A stretch of DNA of 64,000 nucleotides. Source: Bacteriovoracaceae bacterium. Its GTDB lineage: Bacteria > Bdellovibrionota > Bacteriovoracia > Bacteriovoracales > Bacteriovoracaceae. A program made the translations under genes and the position numbers. The stretch is taken from the NCBI GenBank assembly GCA_965217035.1, contig OZ244226.1:2648146-2712145 (forward strand). Reading direction: 5' to 3'. Positions 29,597 through 39,639 of the stretch are shown here, piece after piece (the stretch's first letter is position 1; each line of letters begins with the position of its first letter). Under the pieces are notes generated by a model, which saw only the letters and a program-made list of their open reading frames with translations, did no database searches and was not told the origin of the DNA.

Positions 29597-30538
29597 CTAA
29601 TTAAGACGTCCCATTTTTCCTGACTGAAAATCTTGAAACGCCTGAACAAGTTCTTCTTGCGTGTTCATGACAAAGGGTCCATGAGAAGCAACCGGTTCGT
29701 CAATGGGTTCTCCATTCAGAATTAAAAGTTTAGCACCTTTTTTAGCAGAGAGCTCAACCGTTTCTCCTTCTCGCTCATAAATAGCGAGACTTGTTTTATT
29801 AAGTCGATTTTCTTCTATTGTGACATTACCTTTTAAAACAAGAACCATCGTATTTGTCCCAGCTTCAAAACTGAGTTGCAATTCATCGTCTTTTTCAAAA
29901 TCAACTTCGTAGAGGTTGATAGGGGTGTAAGTTTTACTTGGACCTTTATGTTCATTATAGGCTCCAGCAACAATTTTTAGCTTAGCTCCACCGGCACTTG
30001 TAATAGGAAAATCTTCAAGATTAATTCCTTGGTAACGTGGATCTGTCATTTTGTATTTTGCTGGAAGATTAACCCAAAGTTGAACCATTTCAAAAGCTCC
30101 GCCTTTCTTAGCAAAATCTCGAGAATGGAATTCTTCATGCACAAGGCCTTTGGCAGCAGTCATCCATTGAACTCCTCCTGCTTTGATAACTCCGCCACCC
30201 CCAGATGAATCTCTATGCTCAACTTCTCCATTGATTGCAAAGGTAACAGTCTCAAAACCTCTATGAGGGTGTTCTCCAACTCCGAGTTTTTGAGTTGTCG
30301 GCTCAAAATATCTTTCTGGAGCATAGTCCAAAAGCAGAAATGGACTTGTATGAGTATAAGTTCCTTGATGAGGATGAATGAGAGAATGGACATTAAATCC
30401 ATTCCCTACCCAATGTTGCTCTGTTGGAGTATTGATCATTTTTAGTTTTTTCTTATTTGTTGTCTTTGCCATTGTTTTTAATCCTTTTAAGCTTAGAAAT
30501 CCTAGGATCAATCTGGTAAGAAAACTTCTTCTTAACAC
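29597..30538 (-). CDS. Pirin family protein with RR-containing N-terminal extension
   Basis: HPHRGFETVT, WMTA, HEE, QLWVN, GPFVMNT; GTG start with AAGGA RBS gives LRRSFL. Confidence 0.9.
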   Translation of the reverse strand: MLRRSFLTRLILGFLSLKGLKTMAKTTNKKKLKMINTPTEQHWVGNGFNVHSLIHPHQGTYTHTSPFLLLDYAPERYFEPTTQKLGVGEHPHRGFETVTFAINGEVEHRDSSGGGGVIKAGGVQWMTAAKGLVHEEFHSRDFAKKGGAFEMVQLWVNLPAKYKMTDPRYQGINLEDFPITSAGGAKLKIVAGAYNEHKGPSKTYTPINLYEVDFEKDDELQLSFEAGTNTMVLVLKGNVTIEENRLNKTSLAIYEREGETVELSAKKGAKLLILNGEPIDEPVASHGPFVMNTQEELVQAFQDFQSGKMGRLN

Positions 30539-30548
30539 GTTGATCCTT

Positions 30549-31088
30549 TTATTTTAATTTGAGAGCGAAGTTTAACGTTACTTCATTATGGATCATTTTA
30601 TCTCCAAGATTTTTAAAGAAGTTCCCAGACCCATAGATCATATCAAATTTAGTTCTATCAAATTTTAAAAGTCCTTTAAGTTGATCTCCAACTTTTTTAT
30701 AACTAAATTCGACAGGATTTGTTTTTCCCTTGATTGTGAGTTTTCCTTTTGCTTTATCTTTTGTCGCACTTGTAATGACGAGTTTAGCTGTAGGGTATTT
30801 AGAAACTTCAAAGAAGTCTTTGCTCTTAATATGCCCTAGAAACTTTCCGGCCCACTCACCTTGTAAATCAGTGACGGTAATTGTGTTGATATCAGCAATA
30901 AAGTTTCCACTTTTGATGATCCCTTTTTTATCAAGTTTTATATCTGCTGATTTCAATCCAATTTTTCCGACATGCTCTCCAGAAACTTTTGTTCCTTTCC
31001 ACTTGAGTTCACTTTTCTTTAAGTCGACACCTGCACCGAAAACGGCATAAGTGTATGTTAAGGCCACGAGTAAAATTAAACTTTTCAT
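30549..31088 (-). CDS. YceI family protein
   Basis: Signal peptide, LKWKG.K...H.G, HIKS.DFF, G.LTIKG.T. Confidence 0.92.
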   Translation of the reverse strand: MKSLILLVALTYTYAVFGAGVDLKKSELKWKGTKVSGEHVGKIGLKSADIKLDKKGIIKSGNFIADINTITVTDLQGEWAGKFLGHIKSKDFFEVSKYPTAKLVITSATKDKAKGKLTIKGKTNPVEFSYKKVGDQLKGLLKFDRTKFDMIYGSGNFFKNLGDKMIHNEVTLNFALKLK

Positions 31089-31144
31089 ATATTCTCCTTA
31101 TGTTTTTTGTTTTCTCGTTGAAATCATTCTCGGTGATTTTTCCT

Positions 31145-31193
31145 TGTTGCAATAGGGGACATTATTGAGTTACACTGTTGCAATAATGGAACA
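31145..31193. promoter_or_regulatory. Putative LysR binding sites between yceI and the LysR gene
   Basis: TGTTGCAATA repeated at 31145 and 31176; TGTT...AACA dyad. Confidence 0.5.
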
Positions 31194-31198
31194 ATAGT

Positions 31199-32050
31199 GT
31201 GGATCTTAACTTACTGAAATCATTTGAAAAGCTCGCTGAATTAGGGAGTTATACAAAAGCCGCTCAAGCTTTGAACCAACCCAAATCACGCTTAAGTCGA
31301 GCGATTTCTCGGCTTGAAGAAGAAATGGGAATCCAGTTAGTGAGAAGGACAACAAGGCAAACAGCACTGACATCAGCGGGCCAAGACCTTTATCAAAGAA
31401 CACATCACCTTTTAGAGCAACTTGAACAGCAGATCAATGAAGTTGTTGAAGATAAAGATGAGGTCAAAGGAACTTTAAGGATAACTGCTCCCGAAGATAT
31501 GGCCCAAACATTAATAGCGAGTTTTGTTGCAGATTATACGTCTCAGTATCCTAAGGTAGAAGTTGAGACTGTGATTACAAATGATTTCCTTGATTTAACA
31601 AAAGAGAATATTGATATCGCTTTTCGAATAGGAAAACTTGATGACTCTCAAATGATTCAGAAAAAATTGATGGATGTTTTTTTTGTTTTAGTTGCTTCTC
31701 CACAATATTTAAAAACTTTTGGACATCCAACATTAGAGAATATTGAAGGGCATCGTTTTATGGCGTTTAGAGGGTATGATTTTGAGAGTTTGTTGATTAC
31801 TCAAAAAGGGCCAAGAAATATTCTAAGATCTGATAATTTCTCAATGTTGCTTTCCCTTGCTAAAGAAGGAAAGGCGATGACGGTTCTCCCTAATTTCTTT
31901 GCTCAACCTTCTCTCGATAATGGACTCCTTGAACAAGTCTTTTGTGATTGGAAAGGAGTTAAAACATCGATTCACATGCTCTATTCTCCAACGAGAAATC
32001 TTCCTAAAAGGACGAGATGTTTTCTCAATTTAGCAAGTGAGAAAGTTTAA
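31199..32050 (+). CDS. LysR family transcriptional regulator
   Basis: GSYTKAA, SRAISRLEEEMG, RTTR...LT..G; divergent from the yceI-pirin operon. Confidence 0.93.
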   Translation: MDLNLLKSFEKLAELGSYTKAAQALNQPKSRLSRAISRLEEEMGIQLVRRTTRQTALTSAGQDLYQRTHHLLEQLEQQINEVVEDKDEVKGTLRITAPEDMAQTLIASFVADYTSQYPKVEVETVITNDFLDLTKENIDIAFRIGKLDDSQMIQKKLMDVFFVLVASPQYLKTFGHPTLENIEGHRFMAFRGYDFESLLITQKGPRNILRSDNFSMLLSLAKEGKAMTVLPNFFAQPSLDNGLLEQVFCDWKGVKTSIHMLYSPTRNLPKRTRCFLNLASEKV

Positions 32051-32367
32051 TGGCCGATTACTTAAAACTTCTTAATCAGAAAAAGGAAGATCTTGAAAAG
32101 AGTCTTGAGACATTGGTAGAAGCTGCAAAAACAGTCGATCTCAATGAACCCATCGGAGGACTTTCGCGAATGGATGCCATTCAACAGCAGCAAATGACAC
32201 TCAATAATCGAAAACAATTAGAGCTCAATCTTCAACTGGTGGAATCAGCGTTAAAGCGTTTAGAGGATGATGAACATGGGTACTGCCTCAAATGCGAGGA
32301 TGAGATAAACCTAAAAAGTTTACTCGAAAGACGAGAAGCTCCTTTCTGTACGAATTGTCAGAACTAA
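32050..32367 (+). CDS. TraR/DksA C4-type zinc finger protein
   Basis: LSRMDA coiled-coil tip, CLKC...CTNC. Confidence 0.88.
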   Translation: MADYLKLLNQKKEDLEKSLETLVEAAKTVDLNEPIGGLSRMDAIQQQQMTLNNRKQLELNLQLVESALKRLEDDEHGYCLKCEDEINLKSLLERREAPFCTNCQN

Positions 32368-32456
32368 CAATGTCTATCACAGTACATCCTTGAGTGTTTT
32401 TGTTGGGTTAACTCCATTAGAATTTATCCATATATTTTTACAAAGGATTGCACCTC

Positions 32457-33362
32457 ATGAAACTGATTTCATTATTCCTCTTTCTATCTCTCCAAGTTCA
32501 TGCCCATGACTTGAGAGTCAAAAATAATCTCGTAGATGGTTTTAGTAGAAAGCGTGCAGACTCTGGAATCTTTGGTCCTAAATATGTTGAGCAAGTTAAA
32601 AATATGAAAAGACTTGCAACAGGTCATAAAGGAATCCATTACATTAATTACGGAACCTCTGTAAAAGGGAAGCCACTTTCTGGACTCTTATTTATTAAGA
32701 ATGCTCGTTCTGTCCAGCAACTCGTTATTATAACGGGAGCGACTCATGGTAATGAATACCTCAATATTGTCGATCGTTTACCAGAAGCTTTAATGAAGTC
32801 TGAAAACCAAGCTTTAAAAAAATTTTTAGAACTTGGAGGAAGTGTTTTCTTCGTTCCGATCCTAAACCCCGATGGTTATGATGCTCGTAGAAGAGCCAAT
32901 GCTAATGGTTACGATTTAAATAGAGATTGGCCTAACCCTTATACCGGGAATAAACCGTCAACGCAGCCCGAGAATATTGCTCTTTCAAACTGGATTGAAA
33001 AGTATGTTGAAAAAACTAAAGCGAATGTTTCACTTGTTGTTGATTATCATTGTTGCGTGAGAGGAGCTCTTCTCCTTCCATGGGCATACAAGAAAGGCGA
33101 GTATATGGCTGATGCTGATGCACAAAGATCAAAAGAGTTTCAAAAAATCTTTAAAGAATCTTTTAAGAAACCAGGAAGTGTCGGAACTCCTCCAGATATT
33201 CTTTATAGTGCAGTAGGGACAACTCTCGATTATTGGTATGACAAGTACACGGCAATTTCTTTTACCTACGAGGGTCGGTATCGTACGGAAAAAGATTTAC
33301 TTGATAGTCATGTCAAATGGTGGGAGAGAAGCTTTAAGAAAATCTATCAAATGAGAAAATAA
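32457..33362 (+). CDS. Secreted M14 zinc carboxypeptidase
   Basis: Signal peptide, HGNE, NPDG, RANANGYDLNRDW, DYH, terminal catalytic Glu. Confidence 0.88.
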   Translation: MKLISLFLFLSLQVHAHDLRVKNNLVDGFSRKRADSGIFGPKYVEQVKNMKRLATGHKGIHYINYGTSVKGKPLSGLLFIKNARSVQQLVIITGATHGNEYLNIVDRLPEALMKSENQALKKFLELGGSVFFVPILNPDGYDARRRANANGYDLNRDWPNPYTGNKPSTQPENIALSNWIEKYVEKTKANVSLVVDYHCCVRGALLLPWAYKKGEYMADADAQRSKEFQKIFKESFKKPGSVGTPPDILYSAVGTTLDYWYDKYTAISFTYEGRYRTEKDLLDSHVKWWERSFKKIYQMRK

Positions 33363-33390
33363 AGATCGCGGGGATAAACCCCGCGAAAAA
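33361..33390 (-). terminator. Terminator hairpin between convergent genes
   Basis: TCGCGGGG-ATAAA-CCCCGCGA. Confidence 0.7.
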
Positions 33391-33391
33391 C

Positions 33392-33787
33392 TTAAGTTGT
33401 TAGGAGTGGGCTGAAATGATTCCAGCGACTTTTAACAAGTAGACCCCAAAGCACAAGCGAAAGCATACCGATCGGTAGTCCTACAGGATCTAGAAATAAG
33501 TGCAATGCAAAGATGTTAATAACAATCGGTCCGAGAATCGTAAGAGCAAAAGTTACTCTTTTGTTTGTTAGTAAGCAAATCCCTGCAACAACTTGAATGA
33601 TTTTTACAAAAGGCATGAGGTATTTAGCACCAAAAAAACCACCCATGACTATTGCCATTTCAGGCGCTGGTGGTGGCATTGGGATAAATCCATTTCCTGT
33701 AAAAATCATCATAAGACCATTGGTTCCGAAAATAGTAAAAATGATGCCGAGGATATACCGAGCACCAGTCGTTACTTTTTGATTCAT
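33392..33787 (-). CDS. DoxX family membrane protein
   Basis: R.ILG.IF..FG.NG, YLMP.VK, PIVINI..LH. Confidence 0.85.
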   Translation of the reverse strand: MNQKVTTGARYILGIIFTIFGTNGLMMIFTGNGFIPMPPPAPEMAIVMGGFFGAKYLMPFVKIIQVVAGICLLTNKRVTFALTILGPIVINIFALHLFLDPVGLPIGMLSLVLWGLLVKSRWNHFSPLLTT

Positions 33788-33918
33788 ACAACTATCCTCC
33801 TTCAAAGAATATGTTTTATGACCTCCTAATTAAACTTTAAGGAAGATGTTAGGGATAAATAATATTTAATTGCTTTCATTTCTAGTCAATATTATGACTT
33901 GAAGGTAGGCTTGGTTCT

Positions 33919-34608
33919 ATGAAAGCTTTAATTTTGACCTTGTTATTTACTGCTTGTTCGCAGCAAGAACCTGTTTCTCAATTAGTTCCTGGGAAAATTA
34001 AATATGTAGAACCTCAAAATGATCTTAAGCACCATCGCTTTCGTGATGCTAAGAAATGGTCAACGAAATTTGATCACCCTAAACGAGGTAAATGGCAAAA
34101 ACCTTCTGAGATTTTAAAGCTGATGCAAATCAAAGAAGGAGATCGAGTCGCTGATATTGGAGCAGGAACGGGTTATATGCTTCCGTACCTAAGTAAGGCC
34201 GTCGGTAAGTCTGGACGAGTTTATGGAATGGATATTGAAGATACACTTGTCGCTCATATGACTAAGCGGATTTCTGATGAAAATCTTAATAACACTATTG
34301 CTGAAATTATTCCTAAAGATGATCCCAGGTTATTAGGAAAGGAGATCAATAAAGTTCTTTTCGTGAATACTTGGCATCATATAAAAAGACCTGTTGAATA
34401 TGCTGTTAAGATCAGAGACTCACTTGTTCGTAATGGAATTGTTTTTCTGGTGGAGCCTGATCCTAATGTAAAAAGTAAGTTTGGTCCCAAGCATAAAATT
34501 CAGCCAGAGATTTTTCTTGCACAATGGAGAGCTGCAGGATTTTCATGCCATAAGCACAAAGAAAACCTTCCGTATCAATATATAATTTCTTGTTTGGTTT
34601 TATACTAG
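33919..34608 (+). CDS. Class I SAM-dependent methyltransferase with lipoprotein signal
   Basis: Lipobox FTAC, R..WQKP, VADIGAGTGY, LPYQY. Confidence 0.85.
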   Translation: MKALILTLLFTACSQQEPVSQLVPGKIKYVEPQNDLKHHRFRDAKKWSTKFDHPKRGKWQKPSEILKLMQIKEGDRVADIGAGTGYMLPYLSKAVGKSGRVYGMDIEDTLVAHMTKRISDENLNNTIAEIIPKDDPRLLGKEINKVLFVNTWHHIKRPVEYAVKIRDSLVRNGIVFLVEPDPNVKSKFGPKHKIQPEIFLAQWRAAGFSCHKHKENLPYQYIISCLVLY

Positions 34609-35483
34609 GGCGTGTTTTCAAAGTTTACTCCACATAAGAATCGCTCCCAGTAAAACCATGGTCATATAGTTTCGAGCAAGCTTTTCAAATCTCATTGCAA
34701 TCGACCTAAATTGCTTTAAGTTACAAAAAGAATTCTCGACAACATGTCTGTCTCTATAAAGTTCCTTGTCGTAAACAATCTCCTTCTTTCGACTTCTTCT
34801 TCCTGGAATAACAGGACTTACTCCTCTCGCTTCGAGTGACTTTCTGAACAAATCTGCATCATAACCTTTATCAGCAAGAAGTTGCTCGACTTGATCGGGT
34901 AACTCTTCAATAAATTCATACGCGGTATCAATGTCATGAATATTGCCTGGACTTAATTTAATGATCTCCGGATTACCGTAGCTGTCTGTTAAAAGGTGAA
35001 TCTTTGTTGTGGGACCACCTGAGCTTTTTCCTATCTTCTGATCACCATTTTTTTTCGAGCACCATGAGCATGTTGATGAGCTCGAACAATACTTGAATCC
35101 AAGGCAACGTTTTGCTTTGTTAACTTGTCTTTAATCAGAACAAAAACTTCTTGGAAGATTCCTGATTCTGACCAACGATTAAAACGAGTGTAAACTGATT
35201 GCCAAGGACCAAACTCAACAGGGAGATCTCTCCAGGGACAACCGACTCTAAGCTTCCAAATCATTCCTTCAAGCATTGTTCGGTTACATTTTGAGGGACG
35301 AGCGCAGCGACCACGTTCAGCTGGTAAAAGAGGTTCTATTTTTTTCCACATAGTGTTTGTTAAAAATAATCGTTCTGTTGTTTTCATAGATCTATGAAAG
35401 TAGAATTATGATCAATGGCCAAGATAAATGACCTTAAAAGGCCTTACATTTTCTCAGACCCTTCTAACTTTGAAGACACGCCC
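34608..35483 (-). mobile_element. IS5-family insertion sequence (two-ORF, IS427-like), 876 bp
   Basis: Terminal inverted repeats GGGCGTGT(T/C)TTCAAAGTT; TA duplication at 34606-34607 and 35484-35485. Confidence 0.92.
34618..35387 (-). CDS. IS5 transposase, orfA/orfB joined by a -1 frameshift
   Basis: GCPWRDLP..FGPW.SVY.RF.RW and DSS..RAH in orfA; A8 at 35048-35055 shifts into GKSSGGPTTKIH, ADKGYD, R.VVE..F..LKQFR. Confidence 0.9.
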
Positions 35484-36602
35484 TAAGGTAAATTGTGTTT
35501 TCGAAAGTTTTTCTCCATTAATTTGAATCTCTACGGGATGTTTTCCTTTGTAGTGAACTCTGGTGGTTACCTTTTTAAAGTGAACCGATTTCTTTATCTT
35601 GAGTTTCTCTTGTGGTTTTAATTTAAAGTCTTTGAGGCGAAAAGCTTTAGGTGAGAGAGTCCCATTTTTCTTAGGGTAATGAATAATATATTCAATTAAA
35701 ATTCTTTGAGTCGATTTTGATTGAGAGGCAAGAGCGAAGCTCAGATCAAAACTATCTCCTTCTTTAATCCTCTTAGGTCCCAGTTTTAATCCCGTAAGTT
35801 TCACTTTGGGATTTTTGGTAAAACCATTAAGAACGAGAGCTTCTTTGTTGCCCTTTTTAAGGAGGGTTCTGGTTGCATGACGGACAATCCATTGAGTCTC
35901 TCTGCTTTTGTCTTTTTTAAGAAAATCTTTGCAGGTTCTAAGCATTAATTTGGGATCGAGGTGAGAGATATCATTCAGATGATTGGCAACTGAGCGCCTA
36001 ACGTACTCCTCAGGGTCCTGGAAGAGTTTTTCTAGGAGTCTAATATTTCTACTGAGATTATCTTTAATAGCAGGGACTGAAAGTCCCCACGGAAGATGGG
36101 GGCGAGTGCCTTCTGAAACCCATCGGCGAACATGCTTATTAGGATGTTTAATCAACTTTTTAAGATCTGCATAAGTCTTTTTTTCATGTTCAATTAAATA
36201 GGGGCGAACTGTAAATTCTGAAGAGAATCGTTTTGTAAGTTCTATCATTGCATTGAAGGAAGTTTCATAATCATTGAGTCCATAAGTTTCAACGTATTGA
36301 TTTAGAGGCCATGTCATAAAGCCCGCAATTCCGGGGCCTTCTTTTCTATCCCATTCTCCATCAATACTTTCTTCTGCTAGTGATTTTAAAATAATTTTCA
36401 CTGCTTTTTTATAATTATTAGGAAGATAGGTATTAAGGCTGCTTGCGATCAGCCGGACTCGATCTTTGAGTTCAAGCTTCTCAAGATCTTTAAGGACCGC
36501 TTTTTCAAACTGAGGAGACTTAAAGGCAGGATAAGCCTTTTTTATTTCCTTAGAGATTTTTTTTAAAGAAGTCGGGTTATATATATTTTTGAAGGGTTCC
36601 AT
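35454..36602 (-). CDS. DNA alkylation repair protein (AlkC-like HEAT repeat plus Ig-like domain)
   Basis: LTKRFSSEF.VRPY, HVRRWVSEGTRP.LPW, YVRRSVANHLNDIS, TTR.HY.G.H; the last residues are encoded by the IS end. Confidence 0.85.
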   Translation of the reverse strand: MEPFKNIYNPTSLKKISKEIKKAYPAFKSPQFEKAVLKDLEKLELKDRVRLIASSLNTYLPNNYKKAVKIILKSLAEESIDGEWDRKEGPGIAGFMTWPLNQYVETYGLNDYETSFNAMIELTKRFSSEFTVRPYLIEHEKKTYADLKKLIKHPNKHVRRWVSEGTRPHLPWGLSVPAIKDNLSRNIRLLEKLFQDPEEYVRRSVANHLNDISHLDPKLMLRTCKDFLKKDKSRETQWIVRHATRTLLKKGNKEALVLNGFTKNPKVKLTGLKLGPKRIKEGDSFDLSFALASQSKSTQRILIEYIIHYPKKNGTLSPKAFRLKDFKLKPQEKLKIKKSVHFKKVTTRVHYKGKHPVEIQINGEKLSKTQFTLGRVFKVRRV

Positions 36603-36639
36603 GGTAGCTAATTATGCCTGACGGTGATAAGATTCGTCT

Positions 36640-38253
36640 ATGCTCAATATTTCAAATGTTTCCAAAATTTTAGGGGGAAAGACTCTCTACTCTAATGCTA
36701 CCTTTCAAATTAATCCTGGTGAAAAGGTAGGACTGGTAGGACCCAATGGAGCAGGAAAATCTACTTTCTTTCGGATGATTATAAAAGAAGAAAATCCGAA
36801 TTCTGGAAATATTAGCTATCCAGAAAAAATGCGAATTGCTTATTTCTCACAAAATGTTGGAGAAATGGCGGGGAAAACAGCTTTGCAGGAAGTGGTAGGA
36901 GGAGACCCTGAAATCGGGAAGCTTCAAAAAAAATTAAAAGAATACGAAGAGAAAATGGCTGATTATGAGAATATCACTGAAGATGAGATGAACGCTCTTC
37001 TCGTTAAAATGGGGGATGTTCAAACTGATTTTGAGAAAAGAGGAGGCTATGATCTCGAGTCGAGGGCCGAGGAAATTCTAACAGGACTTGGAATCATGCC
37101 GGTCGATCATCATAAAATGTGTGAAGACTTTAGTGGTGGTTGGAAAATGAGAATTGCTTTAGCGAAAGTTCTTGTTTTAAAGCCTGATTTGATTCTTATG
37201 GATGAGCCTACGAACTATCTTGATATGGAAACGATCCTTTGGTTGGAAGAATGGCTTAAAAACTATGAAGGATCGGTCTTTATGACGACTCACGATCGTT
37301 ATTTCATGAATAATATCGTAAAGAAAATTATCGAAGTCTCTCATGGACAAGTGACGACTTATTCCGGAAATTATGATTTTTATGAAAAAGAAAGAGAAGT
37401 AAGAAGAGAGCAATTGAAAGCTCAATACTCTCGTCAACAAGCGATGCTTCAAAAAGAACAAGAGTTCATTGAAAAGTTTAAGGCAAGAGCGTCTCATGCC
37501 GCTCAAGTACAATCTCGTGTAAAGAAACTTGAAAAAATAGAGAGGGTGGAGCTTCCCGCTGAGGAGCAATCAATAAACTTTGAATTTTCTACTCCTTCTC
37601 GAGGTTCAGATGATGTCGTTGTTCTGAAAAGTTTAGGAAAAGCTTGGAAAAAACGGGATGGGACTGCTCATCAGGTTTTTAATGACCTCTCAGTGACTGT
37701 GAACCGTCTTGAGAAGATTGCTGTCGTGGGGGTTAATGGAGCAGGGAAGTCGACGCTCTTAAAAATTATTGCAGGACAAACCGATCCAACAACAGGTGAA
37801 TGTAAAATTGGAACCAGTACGAAACTGGGTTATTTTAGTCAATTCTCTTTTGATGTTCTTAAGCCTGAAAATACTGTTTTTGATGAAGTGAGAAGTGTTT
37901 TGAATGAAGCCAGTGATGGTTACCTTCGCAATCTTTTAGCAGCTTTTCTATTCCGAGGTGATGACGTCGATAAGAAAGTTAAACATCTCTCAGGAGGAGA
38001 GAAATCACGGCTTATTCTTGCTGTTCTTCTTTCTCAAAATAACAATCTTTTAGTGCTTGATGAACCGACTAACCATCTTGATATTAAATCAAGAGAGGTC
38101 TTACTTGAGGCCCTTAAAAAGTATGAAGGAACAGTTTTGATTGTGAGTCACGACAGGCATTTCTTGGAAGGACTTGCGACTAAAGTTTATGAAGTTGATC
38201 AAGGAGAGATTCGAGTTCTTCCTAAGAGCTATCAAGAATATATCAATGGTTAA
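36640..38253 (+). CDS. ABC-F family ATPase
   Basis: Two nucleotide-binding domains (GPNGAGKST, FSGGWKMR, DEPTN; GVNGAGKST, LSGGEK), no TM segment. Confidence 0.95.
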   Translation: MLNISNVSKILGGKTLYSNATFQINPGEKVGLVGPNGAGKSTFFRMIIKEENPNSGNISYPEKMRIAYFSQNVGEMAGKTALQEVVGGDPEIGKLQKKLKEYEEKMADYENITEDEMNALLVKMGDVQTDFEKRGGYDLESRAEEILTGLGIMPVDHHKMCEDFSGGWKMRIALAKVLVLKPDLILMDEPTNYLDMETILWLEEWLKNYEGSVFMTTHDRYFMNNIVKKIIEVSHGQVTTYSGNYDFYEKEREVRREQLKAQYSRQQAMLQKEQEFIEKFKARASHAAQVQSRVKKLEKIERVELPAEEQSINFEFSTPSRGSDDVVVLKSLGKAWKKRDGTAHQVFNDLSVTVNRLEKIAVVGVNGAGKSTLLKIIAGQTDPTTGECKIGTSTKLGYFSQFSFDVLKPENTVFDEVRSVLNEASDGYLRNLLAAFLFRGDDVDKKVKHLSGGEKSRLILAVLLSQNNNLLVLDEPTNHLDIKSREVLLEALKKYEGTVLIVSHDRHFLEGLATKVYEVDQGEIRVLPKSYQEYING

Positions 38254-38409
38254 TTTTTGGCGGTATAAATCTTGAAAATTCCAAAAAAATAGTTGTTCTA
38301 GCTAATAAGTCTATGGTTTTGAGATACCGACTCTACTATAATTGAGAGAAAGAGAAGTAAAAAGAGAGAATGGCCGTGTCAGTATGAAATTATAAAAATT
38401 TATAGAAAC

Positions 38410-39639
38410 TCAGCGCTTCTCCGCAACTTTATTGAACTTTTTATTACATTTAGCAAATCGAAAATGATTCGAACTTGCTGTGATTTTAGCCCAATAACTA
38501 CATTTCTTTCCTCTTTTTAGTTCAATGATTCCTTCAAAGGGATCAAATTCAAGAGGGAAGGGACCCGCGTAATGGCTTTTTAGTTGTTTCGCTATAGACC
38601 AAGAAGAAAAGGTTAATTCGACTTTTCCATCTGGCATTTCTTTTTTTCTGATCGTGAAGTCAATTCTTCCTTGAAGAGTTCTCTCATTTGGAACATAGGT
38701 GAATTCTCCTACCGGGATATCTTTAATCGTAAATACCGCTCCTGAACTTCTTTTATTATTAATGATGTTATTTTCTTCTATAATATCAGGCTCTTCTTCG
38801 CTAATTTTCTTCTTTAATGATATAAGATCTTCTTGATTTCGATAATCTCGGTTTCGATCAATTTGTTTATCGGTCGCGGCATAAATAGTATCGCTTTTAA
38901 CAGAGAACACCCACACCATTCCAATAAAGCCCGCTATTCCAGCAAGTGCTCCAAGTCCGAATAGAACCATTGATAAAATACCACCACCAAAAAGTGCGAT
39001 CGTGACAAGAATCCATATGACTTTATTAACAGTAACACTGGCTATATCTCGATCATTTTGCTTTGATTTATTTTTTTTTGCCATTAAAAAGAGAGCATCG
39101 ACAACATCTCCATCTTTGACTGATTGAAGAAGGCCTTCAAGATATTCTTTATAACTTTTAGAAGCATTTATTCTTTCAGTTGCTTTCAGTTTTATTTCTG
39201 CATAAGCTTCTGGATGATTAACTTGTCTCTTTTTTAAAAAGTGGTTAAACTCTTTTGGCGATGCAAAAACATTCTCTGGCTCAATGAACTTTTCATAGAA
39301 TCTTTTTCTTTTTCTCGGTTTTCGGAGAAGTCTTTGAATGAACTTGCCTTCAATATTTTGGCTGCGTGATAGTTTTCTCTTTATTCTTTTTAAGGCCCTG
39401 TCTTTACTTGTTGGTCTTTTCTCTTCTCTTTCAATGAGCTTATTTAAGCGCTTAACGATTTTATTTTTATAAATATCCACTTCCTCACTATCAACCTCAG
39501 CTTTTTGATTTTGATCAATGAGTTTTTCCATTGTTTCTAATTCTGCATTTAATTCTTCTAACTCCATTGCTATAGAGTAATGAGAAAAAGAAAAGTTCAT
39601 TGAAATAATAACTGTAAGAAGAAATTTGTAGATATTCAT
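38410..39639 (-). CDS. Orphan secreted/membrane protein, paralog family C, copy 1
   Basis: Signal peptide, basic domain, RDIAS, ~40-aa hydrophobic hairpin, C-terminal domain with two Cys. Confidence 0.8.
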   Translation of the reverse strand: MNIYKFLLTVIISMNFSFSHYSIAMELEELNAELETMEKLIDQNQKAEVDSEEVDIYKNKIVKRLNKLIEREEKRPTSKDRALKRIKRKLSRSQNIEGKFIQRLLRKPRKRKRFYEKFIEPENVFASPKEFNHFLKKRQVNHPEAYAEIKLKATERINASKSYKEYLEGLLQSVKDGDVVDALFLMAKKNKSKQNDRDIASVTVNKVIWILVTIALFGGGILSMVLFGLGALAGIAGFIGMVWVFSVKSDTIYAATDKQIDRNRDYRNQEDLISLKKKISEEEPDIIEENNIINNKRSSGAVFTIKDIPVGEFTYVPNERTLQGRIDFTIRKKEMPDGKVELTFSSWSIAKQLKSHYAGPFPLEFDPFEGIIELKRGKKCSYWAKITASSNHFRFAKCNKKFNKVAEKR

